The notes: a model not told the origin generated them from the sequence alone. 60,884 nucleotides of DNA, filler included, from 8 parts of 8 records of this genome joined end to end with filler, not necessarily neighbours in it; one strand, 5' to 3'. Shown: positions 19,943 to 31,057, counted from the whole stretch's first letter. Numbers and translations: made by a program.

Positions 19943-21123
19943 CGTTTCACCCACAATTCACGCGGGGTGTTGCACAGGCACTCATGGCCCGCCTCGGTGA
20001 TCAAAATCGGCTCCGTGATCTCAAGCCCGCCATCGTCGAGCCAAAGCGCGGGCATGAAATGAAAGGTCATCCCCGGCTCAAGCACCGTGGTGTCACCGCG
20101 CCGGAACGAGATCGTGCGTTCGCCCCAGTCGGGCGGATAGCTGATCCCGATGGCATAGCCACAGCGGCTGTCTTTCTCAAAACCCGCCTTGTTGAGCGTG
20201 GCGTTAAAGGCATTGGCGATATCTTGGGCCTGATTGCCCGGCTTGGCCTGCTCAAGCCCGGCGTCAATAGCATCCAGAACCGCGCTTTCGGCATCTCGGT
20301 ATTTTTGCGGCACATCGCCAAGGAACAGGGTCCGCGACTGCGGACATTGATAGCGCCTGTGTGCGCCCGCGATTTCAAAAAACGTCGCCTCGCCGGCCTG
20401 CATTGGCCGGTCATCCCATGTCAAATGCGGCGCGGTGGCATCAAGGCCTGACGGCGCCATTGGCACAATCGCCGGATAATCCCCCCAATGCCCTTCAGCC
20501 CCGCGAATGGCAGTTGCGTAGATCTCGGCGATCAGATCGTTCTTGCGCAATCCCGGTTCGGCCAGTTCAAGCACACGTTCATGCATGACTTCGACAATCC
20601 GCGCAGCGCGGCGCATGTATTCAATCTCGGTTTGCGATTTGACCGCCCGCTGCCAATTGACCAGACCGGTCGCATCGGCGAACCGCGCCTCCGACAATTC
20701 ATCGGACAAGGTCATATGCGCCTTGGCAGAGTAATAGTAGTTGTCCAGCTCAACCCCGATCCGCGCCTTTGACAGGCCCAGTTCGGTCAATAGCCCCGCC
20801 AGATCAGACATCGGGTGTTTCTCAGGGTTCTGCACATAAGTGTCATCGTAGCCGCGAATGTGGTCCGCGCCGTCCATGAATACCGTGCGCCCCGCGCCTA
20901 CCGCATCCATCGCCCTACCCCACCAAACCGGATCGCCCGATTGGGTCAGGACCACCCCCTGATAGACGTAGAAAGACCAGCCGTCATAACCGGTGAGCCA
21001 AGACATATTGGACGGATCGCAGACCACAATCGCCTCCAACCCTGCGGCGTCCATGGCGCTGCGGGTTTTGGCAATGCGGCGGCGGTATTCGTCGTCAGAG
21101 AAGTTTTTATCAAATGTTGTCAT
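19939..21123 (-). CDS. doeA: Ectoine hydrolase (M24 family)
   Basis: Motifs DPSNMSWLTGYDGWSFYV, APHLTW, SYPPDWGERT, FHFMP. Confidence 0.92.
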   Translation of the reverse strand: MTTFDKNFSDDEYRRRIAKTRSAMDAAGLEAIVVCDPSNMSWLTGYDGWSFYVYQGVVLTQSGDPVWWGRAMDAVGAGRTVFMDGADHIRGYDDTYVQNPEKHPMSDLAGLLTELGLSKARIGVELDNYYYSAKAHMTLSDELSEARFADATGLVNWQRAVKSQTEIEYMRRAARIVEVMHERVLELAEPGLRKNDLIAEIYATAIRGAEGHWGDYPAIVPMAPSGLDATAPHLTWDDRPMQAGEATFFEIAGAHRRYQCPQSRTLFLGDVPQKYRDAESAVLDAIDAGLEQAKPGNQAQDIANAFNATLNKAGFEKDSRCGYAIGISYPPDWGERTISFRRGDTTVLEPGMTFHFMPALWLDDGGLEITEPILITEAGHECLCNTPRELWVKR

Positions 21124-21218
21124 GGGCTTGTTCCGGTCAATTCCGCGCGGGTCTGTTCCGCGTGACGGGTAGATTTTCCTGATTTGCAGGAATTGACAAG
21201 CGCCCTTGTTGCACCGAC

Positions 21219-21713
21219 ATGATCACCCCCATGAAATCACCGCGCCTTGATAAGACCGATATCGCCATCCTTGCCCTGCTGTCGCGCAATGGCCGGATCA
21301 GCAAAAGCGATCTGGCCCGCAAGGTCGGGCTGCGGCCCACCGCGTGCTGGGAACGAATGCAACGGCTAGAGGAAAACGGTGTCATCACCGGCTATCGCGC
21401 GGAGTTCCATTTGCGTGCCATCGGCCCGTCGATCACGGTGTTTGTGACGGTCGAGCTGGGCGCGCATCGTGCTGAAAACTTTGACAAATTTGAACGCGAA
21501 GTGGCCCGTCATGATGAGATCACAGGCTGCTGGGCCTTGGGCGGCGGATTTGATTACCTGTTGCAGGTCGTGAGCCCCGATATCGACAGTTACCAGCGCC
21601 TGATCGACACGCTATTGGATCAACGCGCGGGGGTGACACGCTACTTTACCTATATCGTGACCAAACCTGTCAAAGACGGCCCGCCACCCTTTGATATGCT
21701 CAGCGGCGGCTGA
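21219..21713 (+). CDS. Lrp/AsnC-family regulator of ectoine catabolism (DoeX-like)
   Basis: AsnC HTH (LDKTDIAIL..GRISKSDLARKVGL..CWERMQRLE) located between doeA and doeD. Confidence 0.82.
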   Translation: MITPMKSPRLDKTDIAILALLSRNGRISKSDLARKVGLRPTACWERMQRLEENGVITGYRAEFHLRAIGPSITVFVTVELGAHRAENFDKFEREVARHDEITGCWALGGGFDYLLQVVSPDIDSYQRLIDTLLDQRAGVTRYFTYIVTKPVKDGPPPFDMLSGG

Positions 21714-21834
21714 GCGCGATCCGATGATTTTTTGGGATCTGAACCGATTTGCCGAAAAATCATCGCCGCATCGCAGGCTAGGTCAAACCCAATGAGGCAA
21801 TACATTTGCCAAGGCAAAGACCAAAGGACCGGCC

Positions 21835-22770
21835 ATGACAGACACACGCAGCAACGACCAGCTTAGCCAGTGGGATCACGATCACTTTTTCCACCCCTCC
21901 ACCCATCTGGGCCAGTTCGCCCGCCGCGAGATGGGCAACCGGCTCATCACCGGGGCCGAGGGGGTTCATATCACGGACCGCGAGGGCAACCGGTCATTGG
22001 ATGCTTTTGCCGGGCTTTATTGTGTGAACGTCGGATATGGCCGCACCGAGATCGCCGAGGCCATCGCCAAACAGGCGCATGAACTGGCCTATTACCATTC
22101 CTATGTGGGACACGGCACCGAGGCCTCCATCACCTTGTCACGGATGATTGCAGAGCGTGCGCCCGAAGGCATGAACCACGTCTATTACGGGCAAAGCGGA
22201 TCTGACGCCAATGAAACCAACATCAAATTGGTTTGGTACTACAACAACATCCTTGGCCGCCCGCAGAAGAAAAAGATCATCTCGCGCTGGCGCGGTTATC
22301 ACGGCTCGGGTCTCATGACCGGCTCTTTGACCGGATTGGGATTGTTCCACAACAAGTTTGATCTTCCGCTGTCGCAAGTGGTGCACACTGAAGCCCCCTA
22401 TTACTATCGCCGCGATGATCTGTCCCAGACCGAAGCACAGTTCACCGCCCATTGCGCGGCAGAACTTGAGGCGTTGATTGAGCGTGAGGGGCCAGACACC
22501 ATCGCCGCCTTTATCGGCGAGCCAGTTTTGGGCACAGGCGGCATTGTTCCGCCCCCTGCCGGATACTGGGACGCGATTCAGGATGTATTGAACAAACACG
22601 ATATCCTGTTGATCTCGGACGAGGTCGTGACCGGCTTTGGCCGTTTGGGCACCATGATGGGATCGGATCACTACGGGATGAAGCCTGATCTGATCACCAT
22701 CGCCAAAGGTCTGACCTCGGCCTATGCACCGCTGTCCGGCTCCATCGTGTCGGACAAGATGTGGAAGGTG
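21835..22770 (+). CDS. doeD: L-2,4-diaminobutyrate transaminase (class III PLP), 3'-truncated
   Basis: Motifs [42 protein letters not shown], in an ectoine-cluster context. Confidence 0.85.
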
Positions 22771-22870
22771 NNNNNNNNNNNNNNNNNNNNNNNNNNNNNN
22801 NNNNNNNNNNNNNNTTAATTAATTAANNNNNNNNNNNNNNNNNNNNNNNNNNNNNNNNNNNNNNNNNNNN

Positions 22871-22948
22871 TCAGCCGCAACGCGCTAGCGTGCGGTTCCC
22901 TCTCGTGCAACGTAACGTGAACACCGCAGGCTGGCGCCAGGCGGCTGA
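22871..22948. repeat. Inverted pair of REP-like palindromes at the contig start
   Basis: TCAGCCGCAACGCGCTAGCGTGCGGT (22871-22896) and an inverted related copy TCAGCCGCCTGGCGCCAGCCTGCGGT (22948-22923). Confidence 0.55.
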
Positions 22949-23019
22949 TGACGGGGGCGTACACAACGCGAAAACGGCAGGCGGCGGTTCCATACAATCA
23001 GCCGACTATAAATCAAACG

Positions 23020-24306
23020 CTATTTGCCGCGGCGGAGGGACCAATGCACCTGATACGCCCCGTTGTTGTCCAGCAACAAATGGTTGGGCTCGTTTATGCG
23101 AAACAGCAGCTCGCCGCTAGCGTCCGCCTTTAGCTCTCGAGCTGCACCGACAGTGTGCGGGGACACCGGCTCTGCTGCCTCGGGCTCCTCGGGCGTGGCG
23201 CCTACGATCACGCACTGCAATTCGCCCGCAGGTCGACCGCCATAGTATTCCAACGTGACGCCGTCTGGATAGCTAACCCAAGCACTCGGCTCACCCGCCA
23301 ACTCACAACTCCCTGACGCACGCAGTTGCACTCGATCACCAGCCGAAACGAAGATTCCCGAAGGCTGCCAGCCCGCTCGTGCATTCACTTCGATTGTGCC
23401 CGACAGCTCACCGTCGGCTGGCTGGCCATTACGCGACAGTGCAGCCATCTGCGTTTCGAGCTGGAAGCCGTACTCGAGATCAGACAAAAACAGGTTCCAG
23501 TTCGATCGCGTCTGCGGCCACTTGGAACGCAGCCGACGAAACAGCCAGCGCGTCTGGGTCAGGTCCTGCTTCATTTCCTGCTGGATCAATCCCTTGAATG
23601 CACCGCTCGTCTCCGGATGGTGCTTTAGGAAAAGGACAATTGCCCAACTCCACGCGTACGCTTCGGCATGCTGATGCGCCGTCGGCCCGAACCGAAGAAT
23701 CGCCTCTAGTGACGGGGCGATGCCGCCGTCAAGTTGTTCACGGATGAGCGAGATTCTGCCCCACCCTGGGACTTCATACTTTGTCTGGGGGATAATGCCC
23801 ATCTCGAGCGTTTCTCCGTCCCATCGATGTGTTCCGTACCACTCGGCCAGGCCTTCCATCAGCCAAGGTGGACCGTAGCCTCCGTACTTCTTTGTCATGA
23901 ACCAGTGCGTGCCTTCGTGCAGCAGCAAGTGGCGGTTGTAGTAATTCGTGTCCTGCTCCGAAACCCAGAGTCGATTGCCCCACTGAAATCCGTAGGGGAA
24001 GTTGGGGATATTGCTGGGCAGGTCACCGGATGCAGCAAAGCGTTCGCGTGCCCGCATCAAGAATGCATCAACTTTCCAGTCCGTCACCTCTCGCAGCTCG
24101 ACGTCAAACTCCTTGCACCAGAGGGGCATGGCCGCGTCAAAAATCTTCGTCAACTCACGGAGTTCTGGCGAGTCGGGCAAGTCCGTCGAGAGCGTAATGT
24201 ACTTCCCCTCGATTTTCAGGAAGCCCGATTGAGCTCGCGCGACGGCCCCGCAACTGACAAGCCAGCTTGCAAGCACTAGGCCAATAACGCCAATGCGAAA
24301 ATCCAT
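23020..24306 (-). CDS. Secreted gluzincin-like peptidase with a C-terminal beta (LecA-like) domain
   Basis: Signal peptide from ATG 24306, LLHEGTHW plus PWLMEGLAEW, C-terminal VNARAGWQPSGIFVSAGDRVQLRASG. Confidence 0.68.
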   Translation of the reverse strand: MDFRIGVIGLVLASWLVSCGAVARAQSGFLKIEGKYITLSTDLPDSPELRELTKIFDAAMPLWCKEFDVELREVTDWKVDAFLMRARERFAASGDLPSNIPNFPYGFQWGNRLWVSEQDTNYYNRHLLLHEGTHWFMTKKYGGYGPPWLMEGLAEWYGTHRWDGETLEMGIIPQTKYEVPGWGRISLIREQLDGGIAPSLEAILRFGPTAHQHAEAYAWSWAIVLFLKHHPETSGAFKGLIQQEMKQDLTQTRWLFRRLRSKWPQTRSNWNLFLSDLEYGFQLETQMAALSRNGQPADGELSGTIEVNARAGWQPSGIFVSAGDRVQLRASGSCELAGEPSAWVSYPDGVTLEYYGGRPAGELQCVIVGATPEEPEAAEPVSPHTVGAARELKADASGELLFRINEPNHLLLDNNGAYQVHWSLRRGK

Positions 24307-24682
24307 TTTGCTAACCACAATTATCGAGGGAACCGAACGACTGAGATGAAGACACCGTGAGAAGACACCGACAAGAAACCACCATGGGATTGAAAGCGGG
24401 CGAAACCAGGCGAACAGCCCAATGGTATCCACCTCACCGGGACGCCGCCACAAGCCAAATGTCACGGCTTGGTTGCGATGCACCTGGATCGAAACGAAGA
24501 GCATACCGCTATTCGCGGCCACAGCGGGGGTGATGGCGGCGGGTGAAGGTTGGTTTGCCGAACGGCGGCTTCTACGGTAAGATCCCATTGTAGCCTTGGC
24601 TACAAATCAAGCCCGCCCTCGAAGAACGCCCGTCATCGCTCTTCTGCTGGGGCATGAATCAGAGAACTCAAAGTCCCGCCCA

Positions 24683-25738
24683 ATGCCGCTTTTACGACGC
24701 CAATTCCAAGCTACTGCACGCTCAACCCCGCTCTTGACCTTGCTACTTTTCGCCGTAGCTCTGGTTACTGCCTCTGGTTGCAATGATTCGCAATCAGAGT
24801 CAAAAACAGATGGCAAGCTGCAAGTAGTTTGCACAGTTGGGATGGTTGCCGACATTGCCAGGAACGTTGGCGGAGAGCACGTCGAAGTAATCCAATTACT
24901 GGGTAGCGGCGTGGATCCGCATATGCACTCGGTGAACCGGGACGACGTTAGCCAGTTGATGGCAGCCGATGTCATTTTCTACGCGGGTCTTATGCTTGAA
25001 GGCAAAATGGCCGACACGCTGCAAAAGTTAAGCTCGAGTCAAACTGTTATTGCCGTCTCTGAGCAGATTTCTCACGCGGCCTTGGTGCAAGGAGGTGAAA
25101 TCGAGAGCGATCTCGCGCCTCAAGATGCTCGTGCACCTTCCGAGGGGCATCCCGACCCGCACGTCTGGATGGATGTCAGCCTGTGGACACAGTGCGTCGC
25201 AGGAGTCACCGCCGCACTTTCGGAGGCAGCTCCGGAGCACAAGGGTGATTTCGAAGCCGCGGCGGCCTCATACAAGAAGCAACTCGATGGGCTTCACGAG
25301 TACGGAATCACCAGCATCGGTAGCATTCCTTCGGCGAATCGAGTACTGATCACCTCACATGATGCATTTAACTATTTCGGCGAAGCATACGGAATCGAAG
25401 TGCTGGGTGTGCAAGGGCTTTCAACGGAGTCGGAAGCAGGGCTGCAGCGAATCAATTCACTGGTAGACACGATCGTGGACCGCAAGATCAAGGCCGTCTT
25501 CACCGAGAGTAGTGTTGCGGCGAAGAGCATCGAAGCGTTGGCTGAAGGTGCACGACGTCGCGGTCAAAACGTTGCCGTTTCCCCGAGAGCTCTGTTCAGT
25601 GATGCGATGGGCAAAGACGGAACCTACGAAGGCACCTACATCGGCATGCTAGACCACAACATTACCGTCGTTACGCGTGCTCTCGGTGGGCAGGCCCCTC
25701 CTGGCGGCATGCAGGGAAAGCTCCAATCGGAAAATTGA
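24683..25738 (+). CDS. Zn/Mn ABC transporter substrate-binding lipoprotein (TroA/MntC family)
   Basis: Lipobox ASGC, motifs GVDPH, DPHVWMD, LITSHDAFNYFG, FTESSV, SDAMG. The start is uncertain. Confidence 0.88.
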   Translation: MPLLRRQFQATARSTPLLTLLLFAVALVTASGCNDSQSESKTDGKLQVVCTVGMVADIARNVGGEHVEVIQLLGSGVDPHMHSVNRDDVSQLMAADVIFYAGLMLEGKMADTLQKLSSSQTVIAVSEQISHAALVQGGEIESDLAPQDARAPSEGHPDPHVWMDVSLWTQCVAGVTAALSEAAPEHKGDFEAAAASYKKQLDGLHEYGITSIGSIPSANRVLITSHDAFNYFGEAYGIEVLGVQGLSTESEAGLQRINSLVDTIVDRKIKAVFTESSVAAKSIEALAEGARRRGQNVAVSPRALFSDAMGKDGTYEGTYIGMLDHNITVVTRALGGQAPPGGMQGKLQSEN

Positions 25739-25805
25739 GCCTGAACTTTGTGCTACACTGGCGACTCGAATAGACAAGCCACCGCACCTAGTGAACAGGC
25801 ATCCA

Positions 25806-26768
25806 ATGAGCGTCCCAGCAGAAGCGCGGCACCAAGAAAAACTGCAGCTATACCGAGCTGCGCTTGAGCAATTCATCCAGCGCGTCAAGGAAGACCGCTA
25901 TGTGCTCGCAGTGGTGCTCGACGGCAGCCTAACGCTTGAGACGATCTGGCGCAGAAGTGCCATCAACATCTGGATTGTGGAAGCTGACGGTGTTTCCAGG
26001 CGATTGCGCAGCGATGGCAAGGACGAGCGTATCTTTCGGACGCTTGTGGAAAACGGCGTTAACATCCACGCGGAGTTGATACCGCGCAGCCGCTTCAAAC
26101 AAATGGTGGAAGGCTCCTCGCGAACCGCTTTTTCATGCAACTACTTCTCGGCCAGGGAGATCCAGTATTGCTGCGATCCGTCGATCGATTCCTGGTTTGA
26201 CCAAGCGAACACGGTCGCTGTAAAAGATCGTCAACGCGAGTTGCTGATGTTCTCGACGTGGACCTTTTATTCCGTCCGGCATGCTCGCCGGCTGCTCGAA
26301 GAACTATCCGACATTGAGCTGGCACAGCAGGAGATTCTCGATGCTGCCCATAGTTTGGCTTACACCGAGATTATTCGCAGCGGCGAAATCTGCGAAGGCA
26401 TCGTGATACACCGAGCAATTGAACTCGCTCCAGAGCTTTTCCAGACGGTGTACACCGAGGTGCTTGCGAAGCGTAAGAATGCAAAGGTCATGAAGAATGC
26501 CCTGGCCGCCATTGAAGCTTACCTGGAGGAACACTACGAACTGCACCTCGAGCCCCTGCTGGCTTACCTGAAGAAACAGGATCGCACCGTCCCACTTTCT
26601 GAGATTGGCGACCACTTTGCATTCTCCCAGGTTTACCCTTGGCACTTGGAAGCAGCCTGTGAATGGCTACAGCTTCAAGGCAGAATTCAAAAGCTGTCCA
26701 GTTCGTTCAAACTGACCAAGCGAAGTCAAGAAGAAGTAGAAGAACCAGCCTACTATTGGGACAGCTAG
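25806..26768 (+). CDS. Nucleotidyltransferase-fold protein (degenerate active site) with a C-terminal winged-helix-like region
   Basis: VLAVVLDGSL...SAINIWIV resembles the pol-beta GS..SDhD motif without the Asp pair. Stop lies 3 nt before uvrA. Confidence 0.6.
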   Translation: MSVPAEARHQEKLQLYRAALEQFIQRVKEDRYVLAVVLDGSLTLETIWRRSAINIWIVEADGVSRRLRSDGKDERIFRTLVENGVNIHAELIPRSRFKQMVEGSSRTAFSCNYFSAREIQYCCDPSIDSWFDQANTVAVKDRQRELLMFSTWTFYSVRHARRLLEELSDIELAQQEILDAAHSLAYTEIIRSGEICEGIVIHRAIELAPELFQTVYTEVLAKRKNAKVMKNALAAIEAYLEEHYELHLEPLLAYLKKQDRTVPLSEIGDHFAFSQVYPWHLEAACEWLQLQGRIQKLSSSFKLTKRSQEEVEEPAYYWDS

Positions 26769-26771
26769 ACC

Positions 26772-29633
26772 GTGCGAACTACGATTGGCGTCCAAGGCGC
26801 CCGCGAAAATAACCTGCAAAACATCCGTCTCGAAATTCCGCGTGATCAGTTAGTGGTCGTCACTGGCGTCAGTGGTTCCGGAAAGTCCTCTCTGGCGTTT
26901 GACACCGTTTACGCCGAAGGGCAGCGCCGCTTGCTGGCATCGATGTCGACTTATGCCAAGCGATTCATCGGTCAGCTCAAAAAGCCAGACGTTGACTTCG
27001 TCAACGGCTTGTCCCCGGTGGTTTCCATCGATCAAAAAACCACGGGGTCGAATCCCAGGTCTACCGTCGGCACAATGACAGATGTTGCGGACTACCTGCG
27101 GATGCTATTCGCAACCATGGGAACGCCACATTGCCCACGTTGTGAAAAGCCGGTTGAAATACGAACAGCCTATCAAATGGCTGAACACATGCTGAGCTTG
27201 CCTGAGGGAACGGAGGTCGAAGTTCGTGCTCCTGTGTCGCGGATTTTTGGTGAGGACTACGAGTATCTTTTGGAGCAGATTCGCGTCAACGGTTATCGTC
27301 GCGCCAGAATCAACGGAGAGCTGGCCGACTTAGGAGATAATATCGAACTGGATGAGGACGAGGAGCACACGATCGACGCCATCATCGATTCCTTTGTCAT
27401 TACCGAAGGCATCGATGCGCAGATCAAGACATCGCTAGAACACGGCCTTAAGCTCGGCGACGGCATGCTCAGCTTTCACATCGTCAAGCCGAAACGACTG
27501 ACGCCAAAATTGAAGGCCTTTTACAAGGGCTTCGGGTGCTCGGAGCATCATGTTGTGTCCGGGAATATGCACCAAGGGCAGTTCACTTTCAATGACCCGT
27601 CTGGTGCCTGCCCAACGTGCGCTGGCATTGGCACATCGATGCGAGTCCACCCGAAACTGCTGGTGCCGGATCCAACCCGCAGCCTCAACGGCGGAGCGTT
27701 TGTGAAAGCGGCGTTGAGCAACAATCGAGATAGCTGGGGCGGGCGAATTCAACACAGTCTCGCCAAGCACTATGGCTTTAGCTTGGACGAGCCCTACGAA
27801 AATCTCTCGAAGAAGGTCATTGATATTCTGCTGTACGGAACCAAGGGAGAAAAATTTGAGGTCATCATTCCGCCCGGAGCCAAGATGGGGCAGCAGCATG
27901 CTGGGAAGAAGATCAAATACAACGGAGTGATCAATCACCTGGAGCACAACTATAGGTGGTATCGGAAGCAGGGAACCTCCAGCGCGGGCATGGACGAATA
28001 CCTGAAGAAAGTCATGGTCGAGTACCCGTGCCCAGAATGCGAAGGAGCACGCCTAAAACGCACTCGCCGAATGGTGACTATCTCCGACGAGAGCATTTAC
28101 TCAGTCGGTGAAATGCACCTTGTCCAGTTGCGGAAATTTCTCAAGAGCATCAAGCCATCGGCACGCCATAAAGCAGTGGCCAGCATCATCTTGAAAGAGG
28201 TGACTACTCGTTTGGATCTGCTGATCTCCATCGGGCTAGACTACTTAAACCTGAATCGTGGCTCGTCGACGCTCTCCGGCGGTGAGTCGCAGCGGATCCG
28301 CTTGTCATCGCAGATCGGATCCGGACTCATGGGAATGCTGTACGTGCTGGATGAGCCTAGCATCGGACTGCACCCGAAAGATAATGTCAAAATGATCGAA
28401 ACGCTCAAGCGACTCCGCGACTTGGGCAATACCGTCATCGTGGTTGAGCACGACGACGAGACCATGCGTGCCGCCGACCATATCATCGAAATCGGCCCAG
28501 GCCCTGGAATCCATGGAGGAAAGGTCGTCTGCGCTGGCGATATCAAGCAAATTGAGGCTTCGAAGAAATCGATCACCGGAGCCTACTTGAGCGGAAGGCG
28601 GTCTATCGATGTGCCTGTCAAACGGCGACTGGGCAGCGGCAAAGCTCTCACTGTTCGGGGGGCTCGTCACAACAATTTGAAGAACATCGATGTTGTGATC
28701 CCGCTTGAGCAATTCGTTTGCGTAACGGGTGCGTCTGGTTCAGGAAAAAGTTCGCTCATTCATGAAATTGTGCAGAAGCAATTAGTGTGTCTCTTGCGCG
28801 ATTCCCGTGTCCTTTCCGGTGATCACGATGCCCTGGATGGACACGAGCACATTTCGGACGTCATTAATATCGACCAGTCTGCTATCGGTCGCACATCCCG
28901 GTCCAACCCTGCCACCTACATTGGGATCTATGACGATATTCGTAAGGTTTTTGCAGGCACAGAGGACGCCAAGATTCGTGGCTTCACTACCTCGCGATTT
29001 AGCTTCAACGTGAAAGGCGGGCGTTGCGAAGAGTGTTCGGGCGAAGGCTCCATTACAACTCAATTGTCTTTCATGCCCGATGTAGAAGTCGTCTGCCCGA
29101 CTTGCCGCGGCGAGCGTTACAACGCAGAGACTCTTGAGGTCGAATATCAGGGCAAGAATATTGCCGACGTTTTGGAAATGTCGATTGAGGACAGCGGGGA
29201 GTTCTTCCATGAGCACAAAGCCATCTCACGGAAACTGACGGTACTCAACGAGTTGGGCCTGGGGTATCTAAAGCTCGGGCACCCCTCGACGATTCTGTCT
29301 GGTGGTGAAGCGCAGCGCGTCAAGCTTGCGGCAGAACTCGGAAAACTCAAACGTGGCAAACACAATCTCTACATCCTGGACGAACCGACGACTGGGCTGC
29401 ACTTCGCTGACATTGACCGCTTGCTTACCAGCCTGAATCGATTGGTTGAATCGGGGCATTCGGTAGTTGTCATTGAGCACAATCTCGACGTGATCAAGAC
29501 GGCCGACTACGTCATCGACCTCGGTCCCGACGGCGGCCACAAGGGTGGCGAACTGCTTGCCAGCGGTACGCCAGAGGAAATTGCCCGCACAAAAAAATCT
29601 CACACCGGTCGAGCGTTGAAAGCGTATCTATAG
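26772..29633 (+). CDS. uvrA: Excinuclease ABC subunit A (UvrA, probably a paralog)
   Basis: Two ABC modules ([23 protein letters not shown] twice, LDEP twice), Zn-finger Cys pairs, UvrB-binding region present. Confidence 0.92.
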   Translation: MRTTIGVQGARENNLQNIRLEIPRDQLVVVTGVSGSGKSSLAFDTVYAEGQRRLLASMSTYAKRFIGQLKKPDVDFVNGLSPVVSIDQKTTGSNPRSTVGTMTDVADYLRMLFATMGTPHCPRCEKPVEIRTAYQMAEHMLSLPEGTEVEVRAPVSRIFGEDYEYLLEQIRVNGYRRARINGELADLGDNIELDEDEEHTIDAIIDSFVITEGIDAQIKTSLEHGLKLGDGMLSFHIVKPKRLTPKLKAFYKGFGCSEHHVVSGNMHQGQFTFNDPSGACPTCAGIGTSMRVHPKLLVPDPTRSLNGGAFVKAALSNNRDSWGGRIQHSLAKHYGFSLDEPYENLSKKVIDILLYGTKGEKFEVIIPPGAKMGQQHAGKKIKYNGVINHLEHNYRWYRKQGTSSAGMDEYLKKVMVEYPCPECEGARLKRTRRMVTISDESIYSVGEMHLVQLRKFLKSIKPSARHKAVASIILKEVTTRLDLLISIGLDYLNLNRGSSTLSGGESQRIRLSSQIGSGLMGMLYVLDEPSIGLHPKDNVKMIETLKRLRDLGNTVIVVEHDDETMRAADHIIEIGPGPGIHGGKVVCAGDIKQIEASKKSITGAYLSGRRSIDVPVKRRLGSGKALTVRGARHNNLKNIDVVIPLEQFVCVTGASGSGKSSLIHEIVQKQLVCLLRDSRVLSGDHDALDGHEHISDVINIDQSAIGRTSRSNPATYIGIYDDIRKVFAGTEDAKIRGFTTSRFSFNVKGGRCEECSGEGSITTQLSFMPDVEVVCPTCRGERYNAETLEVEYQGKNIADVLEMSIEDSGEFFHEHKAISRKLTVLNELGLGYLKLGHPSTILSGGEAQRVKLAAELGKLKRGKHNLYILDEPTTGLHFADIDRLLTSLNRLVESGHSVVVIEHNLDVIKTADYVIDLGPDGGHKGGELLASGTPEEIARTKKSHTGRALKAYL

Positions 29634-29665
29634 CCGGCTTAACGTTTGCTGAAAACGACCAGCGA

Positions 29666-31057
29666 TCAACCGTTCCGCATAAAGTGACCGCAAGCCTGTT
29701 CTAATTGGTGCAAGAGCTTGTCACGGAGTACGGAGTCGGTTTGTGGACAGAGTTTGCGACTTGTTTCGGCGACAAGGGTACAGATTGGGTGTCCCTCGGG
29801 AATCGACGGAGTGGTCGACGGATCTGGAATGTCGTGAACGGTAAGCTTGATGTTTTCGGCACAGGCTGCTTGAGAACTGGCTGCTTGAGACTTGCTGAGC
29901 TGCTGCGTAAGGGTTGCCCAGTCGCGTTGCGTAGAGAACTCTTGCTGAGCGTAGCAAACCGCTTTGCAATAAACCGCATCGGACAAGTTCGAGCCGCTTC
30001 GGCCTCGATCCCGCCTGACAGGTTGAGAACGGTCATCGCCACGCTGAAGCAGCTCGGCGGCTGGGTTGATTCCGGCACGATGAAGAAGCTCCATGCCTGC
30101 TGTCCACCGGGGATTTACTTCAAGAAGGAAAAGACTTCCGTCGCCATCCTGGACAAAGTCGCACTGTAGCAGACCTTTGTAGCCCGCCTTGGAACTGATC
30201 GCTGCTCCCAGGGATTCAAGCTGTTGATGTTGTTGTGCGCCTGACCGAATCGGGCCGAACGAGCCGCGGTAGATGAATTCAGTGGGCCCTGGCCAGTCAC
30301 TCGCTGACAGGGAGTCGGTAACACCTAGCAGACGTACGCGATCGGCTGCGAGCCAGACCGCGGATCGGCAGTGTCCGTCGATACGCTCTTGGATGTACTC
30401 GTCGGGCTGCAGGAGGACGCGTTTGCGAGTTTGTTCCTCAGTTGTGAGCTCTCGGACAGCCAGCCCGCCAGAACCGCAAGTTGACTTAACCAGCCATTCG
30501 CGTTGGTCGGCGGCGATCGAGACCTGCCGTTCCGATTCGTGGCGGCCGACGCGCGTGTTCATACTGACCGCACTCGATGTCGAACTGGAGTCCGCATCGG
30601 GAAGAGCCAGCGTCTCAGGAAAGCCGACACCGCAGCTTTGGGCGACCTGGGCAAGCCAGCTTGGTGAGCGAAGCTTGCGGATTGAGTCAGTCTTGGGCAA
30701 CCATCTCGCCGCTTCGGTGCCGGAGACAAGTTGCGTTAGGTGATCCAGCAGTTTGGGGCGGTTCTCAACGCCACCGGTCAAGATGATGGCATCGCAGCGC
30801 CGGAGAAGGTGGGCCTGATCTTCTAGTTGTTGCCGCCAAGATCCTGATCCATCGAACGAAAGGAATGCATGTTTTGGGGGAATGTCAGGAGAGGGTTGCG
30901 TTGCCGCTAACGTATCTACGTCTCCGTAGCTGTCGAAAACGCAAGGGTGAGCACCCGCTTCAGCGATGGCCTCGGCCAGAGCTCGCCCACTGACGCCGAC
31001 GACCGCAACTCTTTTGGTTTTCTGCGCGACCGAGTCGGCTGGTTTTTGGGCCTGCAA
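29666..31057 (-). CDS. ATP-grasp carboligase (COG2232-like, methanopterin/methanofuran C1-cluster type)
   Basis: Motifs VVGVSGRALA..FDSYGDVDT, WLVKSTCGSGG, IQERIDG, LLEVNPR. The start is uncertain (TTG 31057 chosen). Confidence 0.72.
   Translation of the reverse strand: MQAQKPADSVAQKTKRVAVVGVSGRALAEAIAEAGAHPCVFDSYGDVDTLAATQPSPDIPPKHAFLSFDGSGSWRQQLEDQAHLLRRCDAIILTGGVENRPKLLDHLTQLVSGTEAARWLPKTDSIRKLRSPSWLAQVAQSCGVGFPETLALPDADSSSTSSAVSMNTRVGRHESERQVSIAADQREWLVKSTCGSGGLAVRELTTEEQTRKRVLLQPDEYIQERIDGHCRSAVWLAADRVRLLGVTDSLSASDWPGPTEFIYRGSFGPIRSGAQQHQQLESLGAAISSKAGYKGLLQCDFVQDGDGSLFLLEVNPRWTAGMELLHRAGINPAAELLQRGDDRSQPVRRDRGRSGSNLSDAVYCKAVCYAQQEFSTQRDWATLTQQLSKSQAASSQAACAENIKLTVHDIPDPSTTPSIPEGHPICTLVAETSRKLCPQTDSVLRDKLLHQLEQACGHFMRNG

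Noticed and set aside
26772-29633. Class II (DrrC/Ecm16-type) UvrA lacking the UvrB-binding domain
   Set aside because: The segment after the first Zn finger ([30 protein letters not shown]) matches the UvrB-binding domain, so it is present.
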